This document shows, piece by piece, positions 39,874-49,964 of a stretch of DNA of 64,000 bases (the first letter of the stretch is position 1; each line of letters opens with the position of its first letter). Where the stretch lies: contig NC_059426.1 in the NCBI RefSeq assembly GCF_021028975.2, positions 74,152,001-74,216,000 of the forward strand. The letters are read 5' to 3'. A program made the translations under genes and the position numbers. This DNA is from Sphaerodactylus townsendi (Eukaryota). The notes beneath the pieces were generated by a model. That model worked only from the letters and a program-made list of their open reading frames with translations, was not told the DNA's origin and ran no database searches.

Positions 39874-40177
39874 AAAAACCTTCCCCATAACAAGGTTTTG
39901 TCCCTTTTCTACTGTATCCATGCAAATGAGAAAACCCTCAATCAAAGAATCTCACCGTAGCATCCTGTCCTGCAAAATGGCTGATGACGCGGCTTCCACC
40001 TGGATGCTGCCGGTAGAAATTGCTGATATCATAAACCTTCCTGTTGATGACCAGCCATTGGTCTTGCTTGGAAGACCCCTGACCTGAGTGAATTCCAATC
40101 TCTTCCCAGGTAAAAAGCTGTGGGATACTGGCACCAGTTTTCGGTTGTCCCAGTGTAGGTTCTGACTGTGGAGCCAT
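4489..40177 (-). CDS. FADS1: FADS1-like front-end fatty acyl-CoA desaturase (cytochrome b5 fusion), 12 coding exons, 453 aa; whole gene span
   Basis: Twelve exons of 222, 111, 198, 102, 129, 58, 77, 98, 97, 80, 126 and 64 nt (1362 nt total) join in frame with AG acceptors and GT/GC donors. HPGG, HDLGH, HNQHH and QIEHH motifs are present. Exon 5 ([24 protein letters not shown]) is FADS1-type. Orthology versus a FADS1-like paralog is unresolved. Confidence 0.93.
5015..5376. mobile_element. truncated MITE / non-autonomous DNA element
   Basis: Shares gaatccccactgag...gatacaaccagg...caaaagaaac with the copy at about 29590. Confidence 0.55.
5591..5716 (-). CDS. FADS1: FADS1-like exon 11
   Basis: cacag|[41 protein letters not shown]|gtaagt, 126 nt. 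Confidence 0.95.
5949..6028 (-). CDS. FADS1: FADS1-like exon 10 (His box 3)
   Basis: ttttag|[26 protein letters not shown](H)|gtgagt, 80 nt. Confidence 0.95.
6450..6546 (-). CDS. FADS1: FADS1-like exon 9
   Basis: ccacag|[32 protein letters not shown]|gtattg, 97 nt. Confidence 0.95.
7510..7640 (-). mobile_element. Penelope-like element terminus with a decayed hammerhead core
   Basis: Minus strand reads cctCTGAAGAtgccagccacagatgcaggcAAAAcgttagg; second copy at 32890. Confidence 0.7.
9767..9864 (-). CDS. FADS1: FADS1-like exon 8
   Basis: ggcag|[32 protein letters not shown](R)|gtaata, 98 nt. Confidence 0.92.
11290..11900 (-). mobile_element. CR1 fragment interrupted by a hAT-like MITE (11605-11803)
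   Basis: CR1 ORF2 3' motifs on both sides; the MITE starts taggatcgcca and ends tggcatcct. Confidence 0.6.
12729..12805 (-). CDS. FADS1: FADS1-like exon 7
   Basis: tctctag|(V)[25 protein letters not shown]|gtacgt, 77 nt. Confidence 0.92.
12893..12923. repeat. (CA)n microsatellite
   Basis: Directly visible in the sequence. Confidence 0.95.
13102..13832 (+). mobile_element. non-autonomous Helitron-like element
   Basis: 5' TC..ataaattgcctaag; 3' hairpin agcccatt...aatgggct followed by CTAG; related copies at 25662 and about 28500. Confidence 0.55.
14985..15190 (-). mobile_element. 5S rRNA-derived SINE
   Basis: 5S-like head on the minus strand (gatcttctcagatatcagaaactaagcag...ttagtatttgga); other copies at 54030 and 55500. 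Confidence 0.6.
15416..15473 (-). CDS. FADS1: FADS1-like exon 6
   Basis: catag|[19 protein letters not shown]+G|gtgag, 58 nt. Confidence 0.93.
16150..16565. repeat. degenerate minisatellite with a 20/21-bp monomer and 61/122-bp higher-order period
   Basis: ggaatgacagtcccta occurs at 16196 and 16318 with six monomers per interval. Confidence 0.75.
16653..16781 (-). CDS. FADS1: FADS1-like exon 5 (His box 2)
   Basis: ttccacag|[43 protein letters not shown]|gtgag, 129 nt. Confidence 0.95.
17740..18130 (-). mobile_element. CR1 LINE 3' end
   Basis: atagaatcat tail and CR1 3' UTR/ORF2 end motifs. Confidence 0.75.
18465..21344. mobile_element. PIF/Harbinger-type non-autonomous element with TAA TSD, split by a nested insertion
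   Basis: 27-bp TIRs gactgtttttgcatggtcaaaatatcc / ggatattttgaccatgcaaaaacggcc; TAA at 18462-64 and 21345-47. Confidence 0.85.
18619..20743. mobile_element. Tc1/mariner-superfamily (Tc2/pogo-like) non-autonomous element with TA TSD and GC-rich interior
   Basis: TIRs ccgtgtttccccgaatataag / cttatattcggggaaacaggg; TA on both sides; subterminal aaataagac repeats. Confidence 0.85.
22558..22582. repeat. (TG)n microsatellite
   Basis: Directly visible in the sequence. Confidence 0.95.
22668..22769 (-). CDS. FADS1: FADS1-like exon 4 (His box 1), with a GC donor
   Basis: ttttcag|[34 protein letters not shown]|gcaagt, 102 nt. Confidence 0.92.
23174..24260 (+). mobile_element. solo LTR, same family as 55752-56822
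   Basis: Starts TA (decayed TG) and ends CA; internal TATA and AATAAA; flanks catgc/catgt (5-bp TSD, 1 mismatch). Confidence 0.75.
25662..26570 (+). mobile_element. Helitron-like element with C-rich interior
   Basis: a|TCtttatacataattggctaag start; 3' gcccatt...aatgggc hairpin. Confidence 0.5.
26560..26740 (+). mobile_element. L1/Tx1 ORF2 C-terminal fragment
   Basis: [16 protein letters not shown]...ERMAY...IWKLFIETY. Confidence 0.6.
28500..29078 (+). mobile_element. Helitron-like element, 3' part
   Basis: C-rich interior like the 25662 copy; ends ccattgcatctc...ggcttttctgCTAG. Confidence 0.45.
29590..30215. mobile_element. MITE, same family as 5015
   Basis: Shares its 5' part with the 5015 copy. 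Confidence 0.5.
32493..32690 (-). CDS. FADS1: FADS1-like exon 3
   Basis: cag|[10 protein letters not shown]...[10 protein letters not shown]...FGTSWVPF...ATAQ|gtaaat, 198 nt. Confidence 0.95.
32890..33000 (-). mobile_element. Penelope-like terminus with a decayed hammerhead core
   Basis: Minus strand reads cctCTGAAAAtgccagccatagatgcaggtGAAAcgttagg. Confidence 0.7.
33310..33930 (+). mobile_element. old L2 LINE RT fragment
   Basis: [22 protein letters not shown], a decayed L2 YADDTQLY motif. Confidence 0.7.
34672..35390 (-). mobile_element. CR1 LINE ORF2 and 3' fragment
   Basis: VRWICNWL...[10 protein letters not shown]; [15 protein letters not shown]...[10 protein letters not shown]; atcatag tail. 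Confidence 0.85.
35430..35540 (-). CDS. FADS1: FADS1-like exon 2
   Basis: cag|[37 protein letters not shown]|gtgag, 111 nt. Confidence 0.95.
36306..36990. mobile_element. hAT-like non-autonomous element(s)
   Basis: cagaggtgtagctag start, internal inverted segments, and a TAGGGTTGCCA-family end near 36985. Confidence 0.45.
37188..37370. other. assembly gap (183 N) in intron 1
   Basis: Run of N. Confidence 1.
37371..37645 (-). mobile_element. Squam3-like tRNA SINE
   Basis: Minus strand A box gtggcatagtggttaagagc and B box gggtttgattccc; near-identical copy at 63790. Confidence 0.75.
38099..38243. mobile_element. palindromic hAT MITE with 8-bp TSD
   Basis: Near-perfect 145-bp palindrome; TSD ctgtagga at 38091-98 and 38244-51. 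Confidence 0.9.
39818..39870. repeat. (CT)n microsatellite near the exon 1 donor
   Basis: Directly visible in the sequence. Confidence 0.95.
39956..40177 (-). CDS. FADS1: FADS1-like exon 1 (cytochrome b5 domain)
   Basis: MAPQ...FTWEEI...[34 protein letters not shown], followed by donor ACG|gtgag. Confidence 0.95.
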
Positions 40178-42029
40178 TCTGTATACCCAGTAACAGCCTT
40201 TTTCTTCCTTTTCTGCTGCTCAGCTAACAATTATTTTTCTGTTGTAAATTCTACGAGCTTCATACTACCACTTAGCAAAAGAGCAGAGGATGCCTTCCAC
40301 CAGCCACAAATCATCCAGCCCGAGCTGTTTCCAGTTCTGCTCAGTCCTACATGAACACATGCTATTTCTTCATCTCAGACAGTGCCTCCTCTAGATAATA
40401 TCAATTATATTGCTCCATGAATGCATAATGCTATTGCAAAATAGATATGAGATTAAAGGAGTTCATATTATGACTTACTTTTAAGGCTTCCCAGGACTGT
40501 TTGCTCACACTGGGGGAGTATCAGTTCAGGTGGTACATAAACAGGAATACAAGCAAAATAATAAAAAATCTTGGAAGACAACAGGGGTGGAATGAGAGAA
40601 AAGACATGCGCATTCTCATCAAATTCTATTTGAAAAACCTAAGTTACCATTTGGCCACAGCTTTACAATAGTGTTTTCCCAGAATTTTCATAGCTGAGGC
40701 ACACTTTTCTGGCTTAAATTTGCAGGTGTTCTTATACTCAAAAGGTTGTACATTCAAGCATAATCCACTTTTAGAGGAGCCTGTATTTTCCTGCGGTACA
40801 TTAGTAGTTCCTTCTCAGCATATAGGGATTGCTTGAGACCACAGTCGTTATTGACTTTAAAGGCAACAGACTGATCTAGTGAACTCCCAAAGGCACCTGA
40901 TGTGCCACTGCGAGTAGTAGAGTGCTGGACTAGATGGACTCTGGTCTGATCCAGCAGGCTAGTTCTTATGTTCTTATGTTCTTAGTGATGCTATGCCTAT
41001 ATTCCTTGCAGACAGCGCCTGGGGTGATAGTAACGTCTGCAGCTCTGGGATACCAGAAATCTAAATCCCAATCAGTTCACAGTTTCAGGGTACAAAAAGC
41101 CAAGAGGAATTCCTTTAAACAGCGACTGTCTTGCTCAAATAAGAAAAATGGAACACATGCTCAGTCAAAACAAATGCTAGTTGACAATAAGGAAAGGGGA
41201 AAACTGAGGAGCATATTGCTAAAAGCAATAAAAATGTATTTAAATATATTATAAGGAGCTTGAGTAGTCTAGAGACATACAAAACACCACATCAAATTTG
41301 ACAGCTTTTGGACTGGGGTGAGACTTATAGGAGCATGTATTTGGGCCATTGCAGAACTTGTAGAACGTGTCTGATTGGGGGACACTGGTGCCTCGGAGTC
41401 AATGTGGGTATGTTGGTGGTGCCCTAGTAGATCATGGAAGGGAGAGTGTCTGACTGTGAGATACGTGTGCTGATGTGTTTGCGTTTGGTTGGTGGTGGTG
41501 TTTGAATGACTCGTGGACTGCTTTAAAAATGACACACATGCATCAATGTGCCTTCCACTATCCATTCCTAACTGCTAAGACTTGTTTAGGTTTATTGCTT
41601 GTTTAGGTTTATTGAGACATTTCTACCTTGCAGGGTTGGCACATATTTTTTGTGTGTACTTTTGAAAACAAGAAAAGTCAGTGCGGTCTTGTGTAGCCTT
41701 GTGCCAAGAAGGGAGTGCTTACAGATGTGTGAGGATCATTGCATGTAGCAAAATGATTTTAATTCACCTATTTTTCAAACAGTGAGGCTACCGTAGCCAT
41801 TTTTTCCTACTTACATGGGGGAGCATACGCAGAGAGCACTCATTGACTGGCAAAAAACAAGTAAGTTTGACAGAGAGCCTCACAGAACACACCACCATTT
41901 CAACGGAGATACACACACCAGCTCTGCCTCTCCTTTCTGCCTGCAGACAGAATGCTAATTTTGGGTGAGAAAATACCCACATGCAGACCTTGGGCCAGTC
42001 ACACTTCTTTGGAGCTCTCTCACTCCCTA

Positions 42030-43339
42030 CCTTTTTTTCATATGCTTCCAGTGGCATGGTCTTTTGAGAAGGAGTTGAGGAAAGCTGTGCTCCTGCCATT
42101 AGTGACAAAGGGTGAGTTGTTGACAATGCTTTCCTGTTTGACAAAGACAACCACAGCTGCCTCAAAGCACTGTCCCAACTGACCATTCACAAAGCTGCTT
42201 GGCCAAGGGCTTCCAGAGTACAGCCAGGTTTTTATGGTCAGTCCATACTTCAAAGGAGTGGGCGCCGTCCTCCAACCAATAGCACCAATCAGTTAAGGCG
42301 TGCTTGATTGCCCCCATCTCTTTGTCCCCAACAGTCCAATTCAGTTCCGCCTCTGAAAATTTTGTGGGAAAGGTAAGCACAGGGCAGTGGTGGGATTCAG
42401 CAGGTTCGCACCACTTGAGTAGAACTGGTTGTTAAAATGGTGCTTGTAAACAACCAGTTGTTAAATTATTTGAATCCCACCACTGGAACTGGTTGTTAAA
42501 TTATTTGAATCCCACCACTGGAACCGGTTGTTAAATTATTTGAATTCCACCACTGGCACAGGGGTACAATTTTCCATCCTCCCCCCTCTGCAGTAAAGCA
42601 GTGCCCATTGCCTTTTCCAAGACATCAACGTGCATGACAAAGGGCTTGGAGGGGTCGCCATGGCGCAGAATGGGTTCAGAAGTGAAGGCACGTTTAAGAG
42701 CCTGGAAAGCCCTTTGACAGTCTGGGGTCCAAAGGAGAAGGGCTGCCAGCTTTGCAGCCACAGCCCCCTTATCTTTGGTGCACATTAAGTTAGGGGGGAG
42801 TTCTAACTGCGCAAACTCAGGAATAAAGTCACAATAGAAGTTGGCAAAACCAAGAAAAGACTGTTGTTACTTCCAAGTGCAGGGCTCCTGCCATTGAAGC
42901 ACATTCTGCACTTTACCAGGATCCATTTCCAACTTTTGGCTGGAAATGCGGAACCCTAAAAAGTCAAGCTTCTCTCTGTGGAACTCACATTTGGACAATT
43001 TCACATTCAAGTCATTATCCAACAGCCGTTGCAGCGCTGCCCTAACAGTGGCAATGTGCTCCTCTTCAAACTGGGAATAGATCAGCACATCATCCAAATA
43101 AACCACTGCCCCTTTAAATAGAAATTCTTGGAGCACGTCATTAATCAAACTCATGAAGACCCCAGGGCCCCTGAGAACCCGAAAGGCATCACACAGTACG
43201 CAAACTGACCAAGTCTTGTGTTAAAAGCTGTCACATATTCCATCTCTTTGGCTATTCGAACTCAGTAATAAGCCTCCCTCAAGTCCAATTTCATGAAAAT
43301 TTTGCTTACCCCAAGCAGCTCAACAAGTGTTTGATCAGA
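42030..43339 (-). mobile_element. Gypsy pol relic (RT and RNase H), continuing at 49402-49740 beyond the L1
   Basis: VVYLDDVLIYS...VKLSKCEF; WTPDCQRAFQALKRAFTSEPIL; DKEMGAIK...VWTDHKNL. Confidence 0.9.
42385..42555. mobile_element. hAT MITE with 8-bp TSD and triplicated right end
   Basis: TIR cagtggtgggattc / gaattccaccactg; TSD gcacaggg on both sides. Confidence 0.88.
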
Positions 43340-44192
43340 CTCTTTGAGTGGACTTCCGGTTGGGTATGGCGAATGTCGGAGCTGCTCCGAGCTGATGCGG
43401 AGAAAGCTGTTTAACTGCTTTGAACCTCGCAAATATTAGACTGCGAGGGGGAAGAAAACCTACCCAGCGGAGGTAGGCGGACGGAAAATAGGGGTGGGAG
43501 CACTAACCCCAAGAGCCCCCACCGCCCAAAAACAACGACGCGGTTGAAATCGGGTAACCGAGAAAGACGGAGCCAAACCAACTGACAAGACATAAGGAAT
43601 CTATACGGAGAAAAAGAGAAACGTGACATTCGGACCGGGAAAGTTGTGCTAACTAAAAATAAGTAAGCGGAGACTTACAAAAAGGCTGGAATAATAAAAG
43701 GTCAGCGATAAGCGGCGAAGAGGAGGCGGGGGACTAGAACGGAGGGGAAAGTTTGAAAACGAAGCGCCTCCTCCGGAGTCATCGTGACGAAAAAAAAAGG
43801 CGGACAAAATACCCTGAAGGACGGAGCTTCTCAGCGGTGCTGAGGAGAAGTTCCAAAACGTAAACAAATCCATGGGAAAACAAGGCAAGTACAAACATCA
43901 GAAAAAAAGAAGGGGCGCTTTAAGAGACCGGTAATCAAAGACGAAAAGGTGGGGAGGAGGAGGAAGAGGAAATAACACGCGCATTACGCACCACTGACCC
44001 AGAAGCAGAAGGGAAAACAGGAAGCAATAAGAGAAAGCCATAGAGAAACCATAGAGAAACATTGTGATGGAGAGACAATGAAAATAAAAGAAAGAAGAAC
44101 GCTAAAACTGCAAGTAGAAAAAGCAAGACACTGACTGAGACTAACAACTATAATTAAGAACCATTAGGTAAAGTCTGGAACAATATTTATTT

Positions 44193-45095
44193 ATGATGAC
44201 TACAAACAGGAAGATCCAACAAGATAATAAACTTTTGAGAGGAGCTGCGAGTGCGGAAGCAGGCACACCAGAAAAACATACGGAAAGCACACAAAAGATG
44301 GAAAAACTATTTGATTTAATAGTATCATTTCAGAACGACACCAAAGAACAACTGAATAGAATGGCCCAAGAAATTAAAGACATTAAAAATGATACTAAAG
44401 AACAATTAGGCCAGATGGCCCAAGAAATTAAAGACATCAAGAACGAATTAGGACACTTTGAGAAAATAGATGACAACCTTAAACAAATAAAAGAAACCCT
44501 CAAGGAAAGTGTGGAAAGGATAGGTGTGGTAGAAGACGAAGTGGATAACATAAAAATACAATCTGAAAACCAAACAGACGCCCTGGCGATGCTGGAATAC
44601 AAGCAGAAAGAAACGACATTCAGAATTCGGGGATTGCCAGAATGCGAAAACGAAAACCTGCTGCAACGCATCACCCCCCTTCTCAAAGAAGTGTGGGAAA
44701 TGGAAGAGAAAGAGACAACTAAGGAAATAGACAGACTATACCAAGTTAACTCTAAGGTGGCGAAAGAAAAGAGATTGCCAAGGGATATAGTTATAACCTG
44801 CGTAAGGAAAAAACTAAGAGACAAAATACTGCAAGTACACTCGGCAGCCAAATTGAGACTAGAAGGAAAAGAACTTATAATACTGAAAGAAATCCCAGCA
44901 ATAATACAAAAAAAAAGGAAACCATATAAAACACTAGTGGATACCCTACGGCAGAATGGCATAAATTTTCGATGGAACCTACCTGAGGGAGTTGTGTTCG
45001 AATACAACTCCAAGAGACACTACATAGGAAACATCATGAAAGCCCAAGAATTCTTGTTTGTGAACAAAAAAAATTTAAAGGTGGTGGAGTATTGA
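44193..45095 (+). CDS. L1 ORF1p (coiled coil, RRM, CTD), intact, 300 aa
   Basis: Heptad-rich N-terminal half, FRIRGLPE, PRDIV, FRWNLPEG. Confidence 0.88.
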   Translation: MMTTNRKIQQDNKLLRGAASAEAGTPEKHTESTQKMEKLFDLIVSFQNDTKEQLNRMAQEIKDIKNDTKEQLGQMAQEIKDIKNELGHFEKIDDNLKQIKETLKESVERIGVVEDEVDNIKIQSENQTDALAMLEYKQKETTFRIRGLPECENENLLQRITPLLKEVWEMEEKETTKEIDRLYQVNSKVAKEKRLPRDIVITCVRKKLRDKILQVHSAAKLRLEGKELIILKEIPAIIQKKRKPYKTLVDTLRQNGINFRWNLPEGVVFEYNSKRHYIGNIMKAQEFLFVNKKNLKVVEY

Positions 45096-45117
45096 GTAAG
45101 TAAATTAAATACCCAAA

Positions 45118-48100
45118 ATGAATTATAAAATCAAAATATGGAATGTTAACGGATTAAATAATCCGAGTAAACGTAAAAATATCTTTCACCAATTGAATAA
45201 AGAGAAAAATACAATAGTTTGCCTGCAAGAAACGCATATAAAGCGTGGGGAGAAAAAATACTTAGAACATCCTAAATTGGGCACATTATTCCATTCAGCT
45301 CATGAGAAAAAGAAAAGAGGGGTCGCTCTATATATAGATAAAAATCTAGACCCCAAAGAATTACAGAAAGACAAGGAAGGTAGATATATAATTGTGAAAA
45401 CAAATTGGGTCAACAGAAAAATAACAGTAGTAGGGGTTTATGCTCCGAATGAGAAAAAGTCAAAATTTTACCAGAAATTATATGAGACACTACTTGAATA
45501 CCCCACTGATGAATGGATTATTATGGGGGATATGAATGGGATAATTGACCCACAAAAAGATAGAAAACAACCAACAGGAAAGAAAAGGAAGAAACAAAAA
45601 GGCGGGAAAAGGTTGGTGAAAGATATTAAACTACCACAGTCTTTTTTTAACATGATGAATGGTTTAAATGTTATAGATATATGGAGAGAAAAAGTAGGGA
45701 ACTCCCGGGAGTATACTTTCTTTTCATGCAGGCATGGAACACACACAAGGTTAGATCTCATCCTGACCTCAAAAACTCTACATAACCAAATTCAAAAAAT
45801 TCACATAACACAGAGAACATTATCAGACCATAATCCGGTGATAATGGAGATAAACATAGGGGGTAGAAGGAGATACGGAACAATAAAAGAATGGGTGCTC
45901 AAGAACAAACAATGCTCAGAGGAAATTAGAAAAAACCTGACAGAATTTTGGAAATTTAATGATAAATCAATACAAGACAATGGTCAGATATGGGACGCAC
46001 ATAAGGCGTTTATTAGGGGCAGCATTGTTTGTGCAGAATTCAAACTAAGGAAACAGAAACTAACAATTAGAAAGGAACTGGAGAAAAAATTAAAAGAATT
46101 AGAACAACAGTTAGTAACAGCCAGGAAAACTAGAGGTATACAAAAGAAAATCAAATGCTATAAAGATCAATTAATTAATATCACAACGGATGAAGTAACA
46201 AAGAAAATGATTTATATGAAACAGAAAAATTATGTTTGGCAATAAGCCAGGTAGATGGCTGTCGTACAAAATTAAAAAACAACAAGAAAGTAGAGTAATT
46301 AATAAAATAAAATCAGATCAGCAAATCATAACAGATAAAACACAAATAAGTAACCTAATATACGGATTCTATAAGAAATTATATGAAAAGGAAATTATAT
46401 CAAAAGAAGAAATAGAGAAATATCTGTCTGCACAAACAATGATGCCCATACCACAAAAAGAAGCAGCAGAACTCAATCAAAAAATCTCTATAACTGAGAT
46501 AAGAAAAGCAATCACCAGACTTAAAAACAAAACACCTGGTCTGGATGGGCTACCAGCCCAATATTATAAGACCTTTGCCCCAGAATTAGAACAACATTTA
46601 AGCGAGCTGTTTAATGAAATACTTGAGGGAACAACTATGCCGGAATCATGGAGACAGGCAGGTATATCCTTGATCCCCGAAGAAACACAAGAAACCCCGG
46701 AGACTAAAGACTATAGGCCGATCTCATTATTGACAATTGATTATAAGATCTTTGCAAGTATCCTAGCAGAAAGGTTAAAAAAAATCCTAACCATCTACAT
46801 AGGGAAAGAACAAGCAGGATTCCTGCCAGGGAGATCAACGGCACAAAATGTCAGAACTGTACTAAACATCATTGAAGTTCTCAATCTACATCCACAGAAA
46901 CAGATGGCCATATTATTCCTAGATGCCGAAAAAGCTTTTGACAGGGTTAATTGGGAATTCCTGTCCCAAACATTAGTAAAACTCGGCATCCACGGAAACT
47001 TCTTACGAGGAATAGCAAATATCTATAAACAGCAAGAAGCTAAAATAAAAATAAACAACGAATACACAGAAAGCTTTAAGATCAATAGGGGTACGAGACA
47101 GGGTTGCCCCCTGTCACCCCTATTATTTATCCTAACAATAGAGATATTAATAAACAACATCAAAAAAGAAAAAGAGTTAACAGGACTTCATTATAAAGGA
47201 ACACAATACAAAATAAGAAGCTATGCAGATGACATTGTAATCTTTATTGACGACCCCGCAAACAAGACAGAGAAAATAAAGCAAATAATAGAAGAATACG
47301 GAAAAGTAGCGGGTCTAAAGATTAACTATAACAAAACCAAAATGCTGACGAATAATATGTCAGAACAAGAAATTAAAAAATTAGAGAAAATTTCAAAGAT
47401 TAAAGTGGTAAAATCAGTAAAATATTTGGGAATAGTACTAGAGAATACAAATAATAACATAATTAAAAACAACTACAATAAGGTGTGGACAGAGGTTAAA
47501 CAATGGGAAGTACTTAATCTATCCCTTATGGGAAGAATATCTTTAATTAAAATGGCAGTCCTTTCCAGGATGATGTACATCTTCCAAAACATTCCCTTAA
47601 TAACCTCAAGTAAAATATTCAAGACATGGAAGAAAGATCTAACAACATTTATATGGGAGGGAAAAAAACCCAGAATAAAGTACGACAACCTGATGGACAA
47701 AAAAAATCGTGGAGGATATGCAATGCCCAATTTCCAACTGTATCACGATGCCGTGGCATTAAGCTGGATAAAAACATGGGCAAACCTACAAGATCAAGAA
47801 ATATTAAAGATAGAAAGTTATGGCAACCCCAAAGGTTGGCATAACTACCTATGGCCCTTGCATCCACATAACAAAGAAGGAGACAAAATCTTCAAAAACC
47901 ATCAAATAAGGAATCCACTGTTAAAAATTTGGTTGAAGTACAGAAAGATATTTTACTTAAAAATACCAACGTGGCTATCTAGAATGGAAGGATTGAAAAT
48001 CATCGAGAGGAATGAGGCAACAAACTGGCTAACTTACAAAGATATAACAGTTTTAAATCAGGGGAGGAGGATAATAAAACCCAGAAACTTAATAAAGATA

Positions 48101-48919
48101 GGAGAAAACACATGCCATTGCTTCACATAACTGAACAGAAGTTAAGGAATAAGAGTTGGAAGCCGAGATGATGATGATAAGAACTGGGGAATAGCAGAGA
48201 CAAATAATGAATTAGATAAAATAATTTCAGGAGAAAACAGTAAAATAATAAGTAAAATATATGGAGTCTTGCTGGATCAGGCAGTGGAAACTGAAATAGT
48301 AAAAACAAGCATGGTAAAATGGGTCCAAAACCTGAACTCAAACATAACACTAGAGCAATGGGAAAGATACTTACGAAACATCTATAAATACACACCGAAT
48401 GTAGATCTCTGGGAACACAATCTGAAAATGTTTTATCGCTCCTATTTAACCCCGTTAACAATAACGAAATTCAACAACGCATACCCACCACATTGTTGGA
48501 AATGTCACCAAAACACGGGAACATTTTACCACATGTGGTGGACATGTGCGAAAGTGAAAGGTTTTTGGAGTCAGATACACACAATAATACAGAAAATAAT
48601 TGGAAAACAATTTAAGAAAGAACCAGACAATTATTTGCTGAATTTCATAAGAAAGGATAATGGTTTTATGAATTCACAGATGCATTTGCTTTTTCATTTG
48701 TTAGTCGCAGCACGAATAACGTTAGCCAAATACTGGAAGTCAGACCACCAACCCACCATAGAAGAATGGAAAGGCAAAGTCAGTCAGCTACATTTAATGG
48801 ACAAAGGAGCACACCAACTTAAATCCTTACCGGTGGAAAAATACAATACAATCTGGGAGCCGTGGGTAAAATATATTGCAGATGAGAACGAAGTAGAAAT
48901 CTTTCCAGCCATATACTGA
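45118..48919 (+). pseudogene. L1 ORF2p (APE endonuclease, RT, Cys-rich domain) disrupted by frameshifts at about 46234 and 48120
   Basis: WNVNGLN, LQETH, GDMN and SDH (EN); LDAEKAFD, RQGCPLSP and YADD (RT); CWKC..GTFYHMWWTC; split across three ORFs. Confidence 0.92.
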
Positions 48920-49744
48920 GGATGTATTGGTAATGAAACAACGATAATAACCCAGGTGGACAATACAAAGATGAGAAAACAGTGATGAAATGAGAACAGA
49001 ACCCCCCCCCCCCCATCTTGAAAGATAGAACAGAGATATACGGAAGAAATATAGATGAACAAGTAGTAGGAAACAAAAAAGAAGGTTGGGATGGAAAAAG
49101 AAAAAAGAGGGGAATTAAATCACTGGTTCCCCTTCTGTTTATTACATCTGAGTTTGAAGAAAGGTTAGCCAAATAAGGTCAATCCTTGATGGTAATAGGA
49201 AGTCACTAGATCCGAATGGGAAGTCAAACTGAGAGAGAAAATTATTTGAACTAGATACTTAAAATTTTTAGTAATATACTGATTAGATTAAGATATTTAT
49301 GTATCAACAATGGAATTTTTGTAATTGTAACGTTTTAACAATGCTGAAATTAATAAAATTTATTATAAAAAATAAATAAAAAAAACAAGTGTTTGATCAG
49401 AGGGAGTGGGTACTTATTACTTGCGGGGACTGCATTCAGCCCCCTGTAATCAGTGCACAATCGTAAGGTACCATCCTTCTTTTTCACAAACAACACTGAT
49501 GCTGCAAAGTCACTGGTCATTCTCTTGATAAAGCCTCACTTCAAGTTTTTCTCTAAGAACTCCTGCGCCTCTGTGGGGCTCATTGGGTAGAGGCGACTCT
49601 TGGGGAGTTTGGCACCTGGCAATAGTTCAATTTTACAGTCAGTTTTGCAGTGAGGCAGCAATTTGTCACATTCCCCCTCCTCAAAAATCCATTGTAGGTC
49701 CCGATAGGAAGGGGAAATGTCTTGAAATGTGTGGCTTTTTAAAA

Positions 49745-49745
<1 letters not shown>

Positions 49746-49801
<56 letters not shown>
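49746..49801. repeat. (ATT)n microsatellite
   Basis: Directly visible in the sequence. Confidence 0.95.
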
Positions 49802-49964
49802 GATTTTTGCCATTAATTCTGACCCCTGATGAACCCAATTATTAACCGCTGGATTGAGAAGGATTAGTTATGTTTGGGGTTCAAAAATTCCATAGTTACA
49901 TTTATGGGTAGAATTTTACAAATCACAAAATCTGATTTCAGTATTTAATGAAATGAAAACAGTA

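Larger units (their letters stand above)
43340..49383 (+). mobile_element. full-length L1 LINE (~6.0 kb) with 18-bp TSD
   Basis: TSD aacaagtgtttgatcaga at 43322-39 and 49384-401; CpG-rich 5' UTR starting ggacttccgg; ORF1; ORF2; AATAAA and A-rich tail. Confidence 0.95.

Noticed and set aside
44330-45013. 227-aa ORF antisense to L1 ORF1
   Set aside because: A shadow of the A-rich ORF1 codons, with no independent support.
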